Below, in pieces: positions 1-11,535 of a stretch of 64,000 bases of DNA. Positions within the stretch are counted from its first letter, which is position 1, and every line of letters starts with the position of its first letter. The notes under the pieces are model-generated. The model saw only the letters and a list, made by a program, of their open reading frames with translations, had not been told where the DNA came from and searched no databases. Made by a program: the position numbers and the translations under genes. This DNA is from Macrostomum lignano. Taxonomy: Eukaryota. The stretch lies in the NCBI GenBank assembly GCA_002269645.1, contig NIVC01001854.1, forward strand, positions 1 to 64,000, in the 5' to 3' direction.

Positions 1-360
1 TCATGCGCACGTTTTAGCTTAATTTGTGCTCTTAGCGAACAGTTGTCAAAAGGAGTCAAGACGAACTTCGAGATACTGCAGAACCGGCATGTTTGACCAG
101 TCTAGAAACTCGAATGGATCAATGTCAGCTGTTGGGGCGAAGCGATGAATCTGCAGTACATCATCGTGGGCACTGTTCACCAAGGAGATAACACATGAAG
201 ACCCTAAAAATAAATCGAGAGATAAGATAGTGAAAATCGAGAAACATAAACTGAGAGTCTCATGATTGCTTATAAATCCAGCTCAATTAGCTATTCATAA
301 TAATCGATGTCTGTATTCAGAATCGAGGAGGGTGTTTTTGGATGTATACAATCGATATAG

Positions 361-590
361 GTGTGCAGAGGTGTGCGAAGTCGAGGTGGGTGTCCAGAGT
401 CGAGGTGTGGTGTCCAGAGTCGAGGTGGGGTATCCGGAGTCGAAGAAGGGATGTGCAGAGTCGAGGAGGGGGTGTGCGGAGTCGAGGAGGGGTGTGCGGA
501 GTCGAGGAGGGGTGTGAAGAGTCGAGGAGGGGGTGTGCAGAGTCGAGGACGGGGATGTGCAGAGTCAGGGTTGGTGTACGGACTCGGGTG
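361..590. repeat. Minisatellite, ~20-bp unit (AGTCGAGGAGGGGTGTGCGG-like), ~11 degenerate copies
   Basis: Recurrent GAGTCGAGG core every 19-21 bp; overlapping ORFs 266-653 are repeat-derived. Confidence 0.85.
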
Positions 591-1539
591 GGCGGGTGTT
601 ATTACGCATTAATTAAAACTGAATTAGTTACACATTTCGAGTTGAAGGTTTAAAATTTTACCACTTCAAATATTGGTAAGAAAATAATTGATTTTTTACA
701 TTAACAGAGTGGCAAAACTCACCTGCTCCTTCACCTGCTCTTCGCCTAGAACATGTTGTAGGATCCTGCATGTTGCGACTGCCGGCTGCCAGGCAATGCT
801 GATGCAGATTTGTCTGCTTCCAGCTTCGAATTGATCAATTTTAAGGCCAATGGCAATGCTTAGCTTAAAAAGGAATAATTAAGAAAAATGCAAAGTAGAG
901 ATCGAATCTAGTTAAGATGCTCTTATTCTATTCGCGATATTGAGACTTAGCAACGAGCACCAAGCTATAGAAAAGCAGCCCGCGGATAGTAAAAACCTCA
1001 AAATCAAAACTAATAGTCGAGTAATGCGAATAGGTTGCCATGATGCGATAGCTTTTAGCATCAAATCCACCGATACGGTTGATTTGCTATTTTTCTGTCT
1101 AGTTTGCGTTTTTTTCTAAAATTAATTCAATGTTTATTATGAGAAAAAAACAATGCAAAAACAACGTGTATTTGGTATAAACGGCTTTGTAGCAAGAAAA
1201 TAATTTAGAAGAAGAACTTTTATTTAGCATTAAATTACAAACTTTCTGCATAGAAAGCAGTATAATTCATTATAAGCTACCATGTACATTCTCGCTCTCC
1301 TAATAACTAAATATTGGTATCAAAGAGCCTCCAGCTTGATAAACTGCTTAGCCCAGCCCAACGAGATAAATCACAGGTAACATGCACTGAAAAGATTAAT
1401 TTAATTTAAGCAGTTTTTAACTTCTTTAGAGCTCCTCCCCTTATCAAAAGTCCACTCATTTTGTAGAACTTTTTTTGTGTGCTAAAATTCGTTTCCCTTG
1501 CCAACAAAATACTCCAGGCTAAAGCAAATTAAGACTTAC

Positions 1540-2506
1540 TCAAGCGAATACGGATCCCCCCTCCAAAGTCAATTGAGTACTCGCCCACAACGCTACTCGG
1601 TAGGACGAATTGAAGGCAAACTGACGGTGCCATCGGTTCAGCGGCTTGGACTCCTGCCGATTGTTGAACCGGTGGGGTAGCATGAGGTTCGACTCCTGCT
1701 GATTGTGGAAACTCTGGTACCACCGGTGGGGTAGCATGAGGTTCGAAATCTCGTAGGAGATCAGACAGGCTGGCATCCGCCCATCATTCCAGCCATATTT
1801 TTTCCAGCGACTGGAACAGCCCTGTGCGGTGGCTGCTGCTCGACCGTGGCTTTTTCGTTCGTCTCCTCCGGCTCCAACTCGTGCTCCTCAAAGAAAGCCG
1901 TGTCCAATTCTGGCGGAGCAACAAAATCAGCGGCAGCAGCATCATCGTCATGGCGATTTACCGGTGTCTGAAGACTGAGAGCACCAGCCGCTGGAACGTC
2001 AACGCTGGCAGCTTGATGGTTGATGTCGGCAGGTCCAGGAGCAGCAGCTGGTAGTCGACGCTGGCAGGTGCAGGAAGGCTGGCAACATCAGCTGGATGCT
2101 GATCTGCAGCAGCAAGTGCAACGGAAATCAAATCAAAAGTACATGTAGTTGAAATTATTGCAGATTGATTTCGCACACCTTGAATCGTCTGGCTCAGGGT
2201 GCTGACCGGGGCTCGATGACGCTCGATCATGTTGAGTTGCTCCTGGCGGTGGGCGGCCTCCAGTACAGTAAAGCGGGCTCGTTCGATGCTATCAGGCGAG
2301 CTCCAATTAATGATGGTGTGATTTTTATGGGCCCGAACTTGGCGGCGCACATTGAACAGCTCAGTTGTCTGGCACTCGTGGCAAAGCAACCAGCGACTTA
2401 TAATGCAGCTGTCTTTTTTGTTATGGAGCTTTAACCCACCGAGCTCACATGAATTGCAGCTGATGCACACCTCGTGCACGTAGGATGGACACCGAGATTT
2501 ATTCAT
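1540..2506 (-). pseudogene. Possible degenerate coding remnant with a CxxC...CxxC Zn-ribbon-like segment, perhaps transposon-derived
   Basis: GC-rich protein-like frames (CISCNSC..LLCHEC; DDDAAAADF..EEHELEPEE) broken by stops/frameshifts; GTAAGT donor-like site at 1539. No family recognised with certainty. Confidence 0.3.
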
Positions 2507-3987
2507 TATTTAAAAATCTATGAGAAATTTAGTTTAAAATAAAATTTAAATTTAAACTTCTCATATGCACATATTTAGCCTCTTATATAACCCACTTCAA
2601 CCAAATCTGTGTTAATAAAAACATAGCCGCTATGTTTTCAGCTTTGCTATGTTTACAGTCAGCCACCCAATGTCCAATGATTTCATCAGCGCATCCAGGT
2701 ATTGAGCCCTTGTTAAATTCCCGCACGCCCCGCTAAATTCTTTTGAATACGCCGCCGCCAACTTTACCCCACCCAGTCGAGGGTGGCAATAAAACTACTG
2801 ATAACTGAGCACTCTCTCCTTTCAGCAACAAAGCCGCCGCCGCCGCCAGCTCCCAGACAGCGGAGAGAGAGAGGCTTGGCTACCACTATTTTTGTTGACA
2901 GAAGTTTGTTATTACCGATAAAATTATATAATAAAGTATTAGTATAATACTGAATACAATAAAATACCGCTGATATTTGCCAATCGTTCAACACAATTTC
3001 TAGAGATTCCCCTAGCTCGCCTCTGTGCATACTTGCGGATTCCCCATGAGGTGCCTATGTACTCTCATTAGGAGTCTACGGAATTCCCATGGCTTTGCCT
3101 GCGGCAGAGTTGAGCTATGCAAACACATAGGCGCCCTTCTGATCCGGGCCCACGGAATTTCCGTGGCTTTCCCTGCGGCAGAGTTGTGTTATCCTCTACT
3201 ACTGATATAGATATGTTACTTGAGTAGTCATTGATGCATAAGCATGCACTTTTGTAGTCTGCGCCCCCCCCCGTTCAAAAATTTCTAGATCCGCAACTGA
3301 AGCCTTTTATGTTAAAACTATTGCCAATTTATTCCTTAATTGGCCATTATTGCTTGTGAGAGTAGACTATGCACTCAGCAGCATGTTAATAGCTTCCACG
3401 CCGAAGACAGACAAACAGACAGACAGACAGACCGACAGTTTTTCTGGACGCCTAGAAAAATGTACATTTAAAATCTGTTGGTGACACAAAAAAATTTAAG
3501 GCTTAAAGCTACTCTTGTGCTTAAGTGAAAATGTACTAAATGTGTCCAGCGTGTCGGAACATATTTCAAAGTGGGGGGGGGCTATTGGTGGGAGGGCACA
3601 TTGCAAATTATTTTTTTAATCTAAAGGCACCCTAACTCCCTGCTTGCGACATTAATTGTGACAACCAGGCCAATATTCGATTCTGTGTTGGAAGTGGCCA
3701 AAGTCAGAAAAAGTTCGAATTTTCAACTAATTCAAACAGTGCGCAACTGCACTGCACTATCAATTTATTTAGTAAATACCTCAAATGATTGAAAATTGCC
3801 AGGGCAAGACCAGTAATTTTCTGGATCTCTTGGCTGCCTCCTTCAGTTCCTCTTGGCGCCGTCTCATTATTTTATGTGACGGCATTTTTTGTGCTTTTAG
3901 TTGCGCGCCAGAAGCGGTTTAAGTCTAGGGATTGCGGCGGACTCGGAATTTCGATCAGAGATTTAGTAAAAGAGCTGAATACTAAAA

Positions 3988-4678
3988 CAGGGGTTGGCGA
4001 ACTCCGGCCTGAGGGCCAAATGTGGCCCGCAAAGCCTCTCTATCCGGCCCTTGGGCCTTGGGTCCCTTGAATCTTCACAATAGCAATCTGGCCCGCTTGA
4101 TGTTTGTGTCTCTTCTCAGCTCTCTTCCCTCACCTCTCTCTTCTCATATTTTCCTGTCCTGTCCTCTCCTCTCGTTTCCTCTCCTCTCTCCTCTCCTCTC
4201 CTCTCCTCTCCTCTCTCCTCTCATCTCCTCACATCTCTCCTCTCCTTTCCTCTCCTCTCCTCTCCTCTCCTCTCCTATCCTCTCCTCACCTCCCTCCTCT
4301 CTCTCTCATCTCCTCGCCTCTCCTCACCTCTCTCCTATCATCTCATCTCCTTACCTCTCTCCTCTCCTTATCTCCTCTCTCTCATATTTCGACTCTCCTC
4401 TCCTCATACATCTTCTCCTCTCCTCTGTCCTCTCCTATTTTATCTCTCTTCTCGTCTACTCTCTTTTCCTTTATTCCTTCGCCTCTCCTTTCTCCTGCGC
4501 TCGTATTTCTCTTCTCTATTCCCTATCCTCTCTCCCTATAGCCATGCAGTCATCAGGGACTCCTGGGCGCGCGTTTCGCTTAGGGGGCCCAGCGAAGCGG
4601 ACCCAGAACGGCAGTCATGCGCTGTTCTCAATCTGGCCCTTGATGTAAAAAGTTTGCCCCTTGCACAAAAGACCCCTG
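3988..4678. mobile_element. Charlie/Buster-like non-autonomous hAT element nested in the outer element
   Basis: Starts CAGGGGTTGGCGAACTCCGGCC..GGGCCAAATGTGGCCC, ends AAAAGTTTGCC...GACCCCTG; 8-bp TSD TACTAAAA / CACTAAAA (7/8). Confidence 0.75.
4120..4535. repeat. Pyrimidine-rich (CTCTC/CTCCT)n low-complexity tract
   Basis: Direct inspection; explains the S/P/L-rich ORFs 4022-4648 and 4104-4541. Confidence 0.95.
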
Positions 4679-6358
4679 CACTAAAAGCACTAGGCACAAT
4701 CGAATGGCTTAGGCACATTCGATAAAAACTGTAGTGGAATGGGATTGAGAACAACATGAACTATTATATCAGCTGGTAAGCCTTAGCTTCCATGACTCAG
4801 AAAAGCCAAAGCCGAAAAACGGCCGACACTTGCTTGAAATTCAAAAAGGGCACTTGCAGGATCATGCTTAAAAGTGGCTTGGCTTCCCCCCCCCTCCCCC
4901 CCGGTTCCGACACTTCCGAATGTGTCTAAAGCTTCAAAAACGGGGGTGGATCAAATATACATTTTTAATATTATTGGCAGGGGCATGTCGCCTGCATGGG
5001 TTTTATGGTGCAGGTATAGATATGACAAAGCCAAGAATTATACAACTAAATTCCTACATTATTGTTATTATAGTACACAATTTAGTGTCCACATGCACTC
5101 ATTTTGGCTCCGCATTCAGACACTCATTTTGGCACAATAGGCATTGATCATTTTGGCGCCGCAGGCACTCATTTTGGTGCCACAGGCGCTATTTTTTGTC
5201 GCCCGAAAGCAAAATTATTCATTTCCATAACGGATCACAATTCGTTGGGGGGGACAAAAGCATTAATCCCGGGCTGCCAAAAAACGTTCGTCCAACGAAA
5301 AGGATATTTGGGCAAAGTGAATAGTCGTATGGGCTGTTGAAAAAACGTTGGAACAATGTGGGACATTCAACGAAGGAAAATACCGCACATTTGCGGCACA
5401 TTTACTTTTAGTAGCATCATATGCATGTTTGTATAACCTGTACAAAATAGACGAATTAGGCGGAAATTTTTTGAAAAACTGTTTACTGTTAATCGGGTAA
5501 ACCTAATCTGTTCCCGCTTGTATTAATTATGCAAAGCTTTTCGTACATGTAGCTCGAAGATAAGATGAAAAAATAAATTCGCTGGACGACGATACGGAAG
5601 CTGAAACTGTTTTTCTGCTACATGTACGAGGAGCGTACATGCAGCTTAGCTGAGCTGATGACAATTACAATGAATCAGATATTTCTGTTATAAGTTGCAT
5701 TACACGTAAAATTAATTATGAGTTTATTAAATTTCCAGTTTGCTGAAGGCGCCGAATAATTTTATATTTTGATTTTTATTTTGATGGTCGGGTGAAAAAC
5801 GTCTTCATACATGTATAATATGGTTGCCCGTTAGTTAGCTACTACTGACAGTAAGGTCCTAAAGAGTATTCGTTTGAAAGCATCAATATAACCCACTGGA
5901 AAATCACACCCGATTGCTCAATTAGTTGTAGAATACAGTTGGGTTCACGGAAAGACACGATTTTTCCATGGAATCGTTCTGGAATTCTATAGAATTCTAT
6001 AGAATATTTGTTTCTATTGGTTGAAGCGCGGCTAATTGGGAGAGCACAGCCTCCCCCACCAAACCGCAACAGAGAAAGAATGACACGGTGGGGTGACAGT
6101 TGACAGTCAAAAGGTGTGTGTATACTGTAACCTCCATGCACTAATATTTTTCCTATATTTCCTATCCTTCTAAGCAATTAAAGCATAAAGTCTGTCTTTC
6201 AAAGCAATATAAACCACTTCCTTATTTTTGTAAGGGTGCTTTCGTGATCTTCTAAGTGCAATATAGAGCATCCATTCGTTCATTTCTGTGAAATAGAATT
6301 TCTCATTCTCAATTAAAAAATGAGTACTGGTACTGGTCCTCGTCGTTCGTCACGTCAT

Positions 6359-6932
6359 CCCGAATCGCCGCCTTCGAATATCTGGAAAGCGGATTAATCT
6401 AGAGACACGATTCTTTCTGCGGGTGATACCGACTGGCACACTCTAATGATGTGTAGAATCCCAAAGCTGAGGCTACTGATACAGCTTGGCAATTCCTGAT
6501 TGATTTTCCCGGATTTGCCCATTTGAATGCATTAGAATTTTCCCGAATCGCCGCCTTCGAATATCTGGAAAGCGGATTAATCTAGAGACACGATTCTTTC
6601 TGCAGGTGATACCGACTGGCACACTCTAATGATGTGTAGAATCCCAAAGCTGAGGCTACTGATACAGCTTGGCAATTCCTGATTGATTTCCCGGATTTGC
6701 CCATTTGAATGCATTAGAATTTTCCCGAATCGCCGCCTTCGAATATCTGGAAAGCGGATTAATCTAGAGACACGATTCTTTCTGCGGGTGATACCGACTG
6801 GCACACTCTAATGATGTGTAGAATCCCAAAGCTGAGGCTACTGATACAGCTTGGCAATTCCTGATTGATTTTCCCGGATTTGCCCATTTGAATGCATTAG
6901 AATTTTCCCGAATCGCCGCCTTCGAATATCTG
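6359..6932. repeat. Tandem repeat, 182-183-bp unit, 3 full copies plus 26 bp
   Basis: CCCGAATCGCCGCCTTCGAATATCTG restarts at 6359, 6542, 6724 and 6907; copies near-identical. Confidence 0.95.
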
Positions 6933-6937
6933 ATTAC

Positions 6938-7986
6938 TTGCTTGATTGTGTCTCAGAGCTCCGCGACCTAATTTTGAACGGCTATTGTCGAGATGGAATT
7001 TCTACTCCATTTGAACTTGAAATGGTTATGTGCGATGCTCCCGCAAGGCATTTTGTAAGGGGCACAAAACACTGCACTGGCTATTTTGCTTGCGATAAGT
7101 GCACCGTACAAGGTCACTATGCCAGTGGAAGAGTTGTTTTCTGTGACTTAAATGCACCGCTTAGAACAGACGCTTGCTTTCGCTTAGCTTCAGAAGAAAA
7201 CTGCCCCGAAGATGAAGTTTATAAGAACCATGTTGTGTCAAAAAGCATTTTTTGCTCCCTGCCTATTGACATGATTTCAACTTTTCCAGTCGACCCCATG
7301 CACCTGTTGTATGAGGGAGTGGTTCACAAGTGCTTGAAAAGCCTTGCTTGCGCAGCCGTGCCTCACCGCGTTCCGCAGTGTTCTCTTCGTGAAATAAGTT
7401 GCTCTTTAGAATCTGTGGCGCCTAGCATCCCTCGTGATTTTCCACGAAGGCCCAGATCCCTTGATGTTTTAGGGCAGTGGAAGGCAGTTGAATTTCGCTT
7501 GTTTCTTCTGTATTTAGCCCCTGTTGTGCTGCAGGGCCTCGTCTCTGATGATATGTACAGTCTTTTTGTAAGCTTGCATCACTCTTTTCTCTGTCAAGAC
7601 CTGTTCCATTGCCTCTGCTTTTTCTGTCCATCAAGCCTTCTGGGGCATTTGCTAGATTAGAGCTTCCCCGTAGGTCTACTTTTTTGTCCGTGTTGAAGCC
7701 TGACTGCTATGTGATGAGCAGGACAGGAAGTGTTTACCGAATTTTTCACATTTTCTCTGCCGCGGGAAATTCCTGCTATTTGCATGTGCGACGCTTCTGC
7801 TCATCTGAGCCTCTTTATAACACCCCAGTGAACTCTTTCCAAACCAACATGATTTCTGTTTTGAGCAGCCTGTCAGATACCCGTTGCATACTAGGCATTG
7901 ATGAACTTCACTGCAAAGCGCTTGTTATCGCTCTAAATGGCAAGTTGGTTGCTTTTCCACTGTTGCACACTATAGGATGCGAATAA
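6938..7986 (+). pseudogene. Truncated, frameshifted EnSpm/CACTA-type transposase
   Basis: Motifs CDAPARHF..TKHCTGYFACDKC, FPVDPMHLLYEGV, DFPRRPRSL...WKAVEFRLFLLY and C-terminal ..VAFPLLH typical of animal EnSpm transposases; N-terminus missing; frame break/internal deletion near 7570-7660. Confidence 0.85.
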
Positions 7987-9080
7987 TTTACGGCGCCTCA
8001 ATTTATTCCCCGCTTTTGTAATTTACCGTGTAGCTCGCTGTTCTTCGAATTCATTAGTTTTTTTCTGTTTTTTGTATTCAATAGAAAAAAAACAATAATT
8101 TTGTGCAGCTGGTTTTTTTCATATTTATGAAATGAATGAATTTATTTGTACCATGTTATCTCCTAGTTTATAGAAGCAAAACAATGCCAAAGCGCATATA
8201 GTTCTAACCAAAAGCAAGTTCATTGATCGACGAGAATATTTCCTGGTCAGAAGGTTGATAAAAGATAAGATCTGTTCTTATCAAGAAGCTATATTGAAGC
8301 ATCGTGAGAATTGCAGCCAAGCATATAGCATTATTCTATACTAGCTCTGTACAACATATTATATAGCGTATGTCTGCTTTCGGGTTAACTGAGAATGAAT
8401 TTAGTCCCCTACCCCCAACCTAGGGACATTTTAAAGCAAAACACAAAGAACAAAGAAGCACGGAACAAAGAATTCTTGAGCCAACTTCAATGAATGATAT
8501 TCTTACAAGGTGCATTTTAGGTGCAAATAAAGTGACACTATGGAATCGGTGAGAGAAAAACAGCCTGCCTGAACCGGCTGAACGTGAACTTTTCCAAAAA
8601 TAAAAGACCCCCATAATCCAGTAAACAGACGCTCTGATACGAGCGTACGCGTTGATTGCTGTAGAATTTTTTGATCCTGATATTTTAAATCATCTTGTAG
8701 TAAGTAAAATTGGCATATACGGGCGTATTAACACATTTATTTTTTATCTGTCTATTATGTTATGCTGCTGTGCCACTGCTCAAAAGTGTGCAATATCCAG
8801 TGGCTAACACGCGAGAAGTTGAAATCCTCTTCCCAATCAATCCATTAGTTTCTTATTTTCTCCTGCGTTTCTTGTCAGTTTCTCCACTTAGCTTTTTAGT
8901 TTGTATTTTTTGCTTTATAAATTTTAATTAACCTAAGGTAGCATAACTTTCTGCATTGAAATAAAATTTCGAATCGTGCATTTTAAATCTGCAACTGACA
9001 GGCATGAATCTTTTCTTGCCCAACTGGATTTCACGAGTTGTTTGTTGTTGGACACATTATGAAATCAAATATAATCATAA

Positions 9081-9291
9081 CAGTGGCGGGTCTAGAATTT
9101 CATTTAAGGGGGGCCGTCCAAGTTTGGGGCGCCAACATAAGTATCAGGGGCGCCAATTTTTAAGCTAGGGGGCGCAGAAATCAAGTTAAAGGGCTCCCCC
9201 AAAAAACTTAGGTCTTGGGGGAAGCAATCTTTTTTATCAAGCTGTTTTTTTTGGGGGGGGGGGCGGCCGCCCTTGAATAGATCCGCCCCTG
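9081..9291. mobile_element. hAT-type MITE (211 bp) inside the EnSpm element
   Basis: TIRs CAGTGGCGGGTCTA / TAGATCCGCCCCTG; 8-bp TSD AATCATAA / AATCATAG (7/8). Confidence 0.8.
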
Positions 9292-9762
9292 AATCATAGT
9301 CATATTTGTAAAATGCTGCAGTTTATAAATAGCTCATAAGGGTCTAAAATGAAAAAGCTGCAATTCAAAAAATTAATTTTGTTAAGTGTAAAAACTTAAA
9401 GTATGGAACTGGGAATTTTGGATTGGTAAAGCTGGAAGCGTGGGCCGCATGAAGTTATGAACACTATTGCGCCTCCCGAGTCCCGTGAGTTCAGATGTTG
9501 GCGCGTCCAATGCCGTGCGACTTCACAGTCTACAAAATTTTAAAGTAAAATTCAGCTCAGCTGCTTCTCATTGGGTTGTGCGGGAAATTTTTTAAACCTC
9601 CTTCCTGTATGCAAAAATTTCAAACCAATCGGAAGATCTGAACCATGAAACCTATTCTAACATTTGTCTTTTATTTCCGTTTCATTCCCTTTCGTAAAGA
9701 TTTGCATGTATCACGACTGATTATATGCTTTAAGATCATATTTAGCACAACTTTGAGACAGC

Positions 9763-11535
9763 ATGTCATCGGACAACAGGTTTGTCTTGGTTCTTTTTGA
9801 AGACGATAGTGTAGAAATCGTCCTAAAAGAATGGTTTGAAAGCGGAACTTCTGTGCACTGGCCCCCTGCAGCAGAGTACAATCAAGCCATCAAAGGCCAC
9901 AGGACACCGAATGAGAACTGGGCTGTGGAAACCGTTGAAGTTGTCGGATCTCGAGGTAAGACAAGGGTCCATTTCATTTAATTACTCAACAATTCTTTCT
10001 TGGGCAATCGCATCTCACACCAGGGAAAATGCCTTTTAATTTTAAACTTCAGCCACTCTCCCAGAGGCCGTTAAACTACGACGGCGCTTTCTGAGCAAAG
10101 GGACAGTGGAAACAAGCGACTCTGATGCTCCTCGTCTTCGAAAGACAGTCAGTCGCTTCATCAATGAAGCTGTGGAAGCTGGGAGCTCGCGTGTTGGCAG
10201 ACAAAGTCGACGAGTGGCCCGACCTCCAGATTCACCCCCACCAACGCTTCATGCCCTTGCGTCTCCACCTCCGCCGCTCGAAACGTTTCGGCAAGCTGCA
10301 CAGCAGGATAATTCTGCTGGGACAGCCCCGATGCTGAGCACCCCGACTATTGCATCAACACCAGCTGGTCCAGTCCAAGTCTCAAGCTTGCCAAAGGAAG
10401 GGCTTGCAGGCATCAACCTAAGTATCACCAACTTGAGTTCACAAGTCGAGAAGCTCACTGCAGCCGTTGAGCGACTGGAGAGTGAGTGCATAATTTTCAA
10501 ACTCGAAACGCTTAAATTTCTGAGGACAGTTGTGACAGACAATTGAATGAGATAATCCATTGAGATAGAGTAGTCTAGCAGTGTAAATTTAAATTTAAAT
10601 GTAGTATAAACGAACGTAATATATAGCTTTGAAAAACCCCAAATGGCAAAGGCTTAATTTTTAACAGAAAGATGTGACTAAAATACTTATTGACAGGTGT
10701 GATTCGCGCACAGCATACTTCAGTGAAAAATTCTTTGGTTGACCTTCAGAACAAGTTGGTGGCTCGCACATCTGGTGGACCTTCAGAAGATGACGGTGAC
10801 TTACACAGTCTGTTCGATGGACTGCCATGTACAGAGTTGGTTGCCTTACAAAACTGGGTGGCGGCTCTTCAGTCTGATCGAAAGGCTGTTAAACACGCTG
10901 TAAGCTGCCAATGTTGCTATCATTTGAATGCATAGTATATCAGAAAAAATCACAGAGGTACGCTCGTAATTAATTTAGCTACTTTATCTCGTCCTTTCAA
11001 GGTGTCGCACTTTCGCTCACTTGGAGGGAGACGACTCAATCATCTAGTCTTTAATATACTGCGGCTTCTGATGACCGATGAACTGGCGGCTCAGATGAGC
11101 CTTCGTGGAGCAACCCGCCAAGGCAAATCAAAAAAAAGTTTTTCGAGTCTCGGACTGCTGCCGATCATTGCTAGTAAGTACATGAGTAGTGCATATAATA
11201 TCTAAACCACTAAGTAGGCAGTAAAATCGAAGATTGCAACAGTTAATGAAACGGTTTTTAATAAGGTTATGGACATGGAAAAATACAAATTATCAATTTA
11301 TACTTTTTTTGCTTCAGATGCAGCAGGAGGCATTTTCAAGGACGCAACTGCAGTTTCGGTGGGCCTAGCCGTGGCCGAACATTTGAGGCACGCCGGCACT
11401 CGAGTGAAGAAGCAGAGCCAGGCTTCACAGCAGCTCGCGATGGCAGCTGGAGCTGTCGCATCTTCTTCAGAAGAGTCGATGGAGGCTGATGATGAAGACG
11501 ACTTTGACTTGTTGGATCAAATTTACTCAAACTAA
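9763..11535 (+). CDS. EnSpm partner (TnpA-like) protein with DUF4806-like C-terminal domain, 404 aa, 5 exons
   Basis: Exons 9763-9955, 10053-10481, 10697-10899, 11002-11173, 11318-11535; all GT-AG and phase-compatible, 1215 nt total with no internal stop; motif SLGG...NILRLLMTDELAAQMSLRG..KKSF..L resembles DUF4806 proteins linked to animal EnSpm elements. Confidence 0.8.

Larger units (their letters stand above)
3547..4918. mobile_element. Non-autonomous hAT-type DNA element (outer element of a nest)
   Basis: Imperfect TIRs (CAGCGTGTCGGAAC / reverse complement CGGAAGTGTCGGAAC) and a perfect 8-bp TSD AATGTGTC at 3539-3546 and 4919-4926. Confidence 0.8.

Noticed and set aside
3284-3299. Right end of a hAT MITE (TCTAGATCCGCAACTG)
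   Set aside because: No matching left TIR or TSD found.
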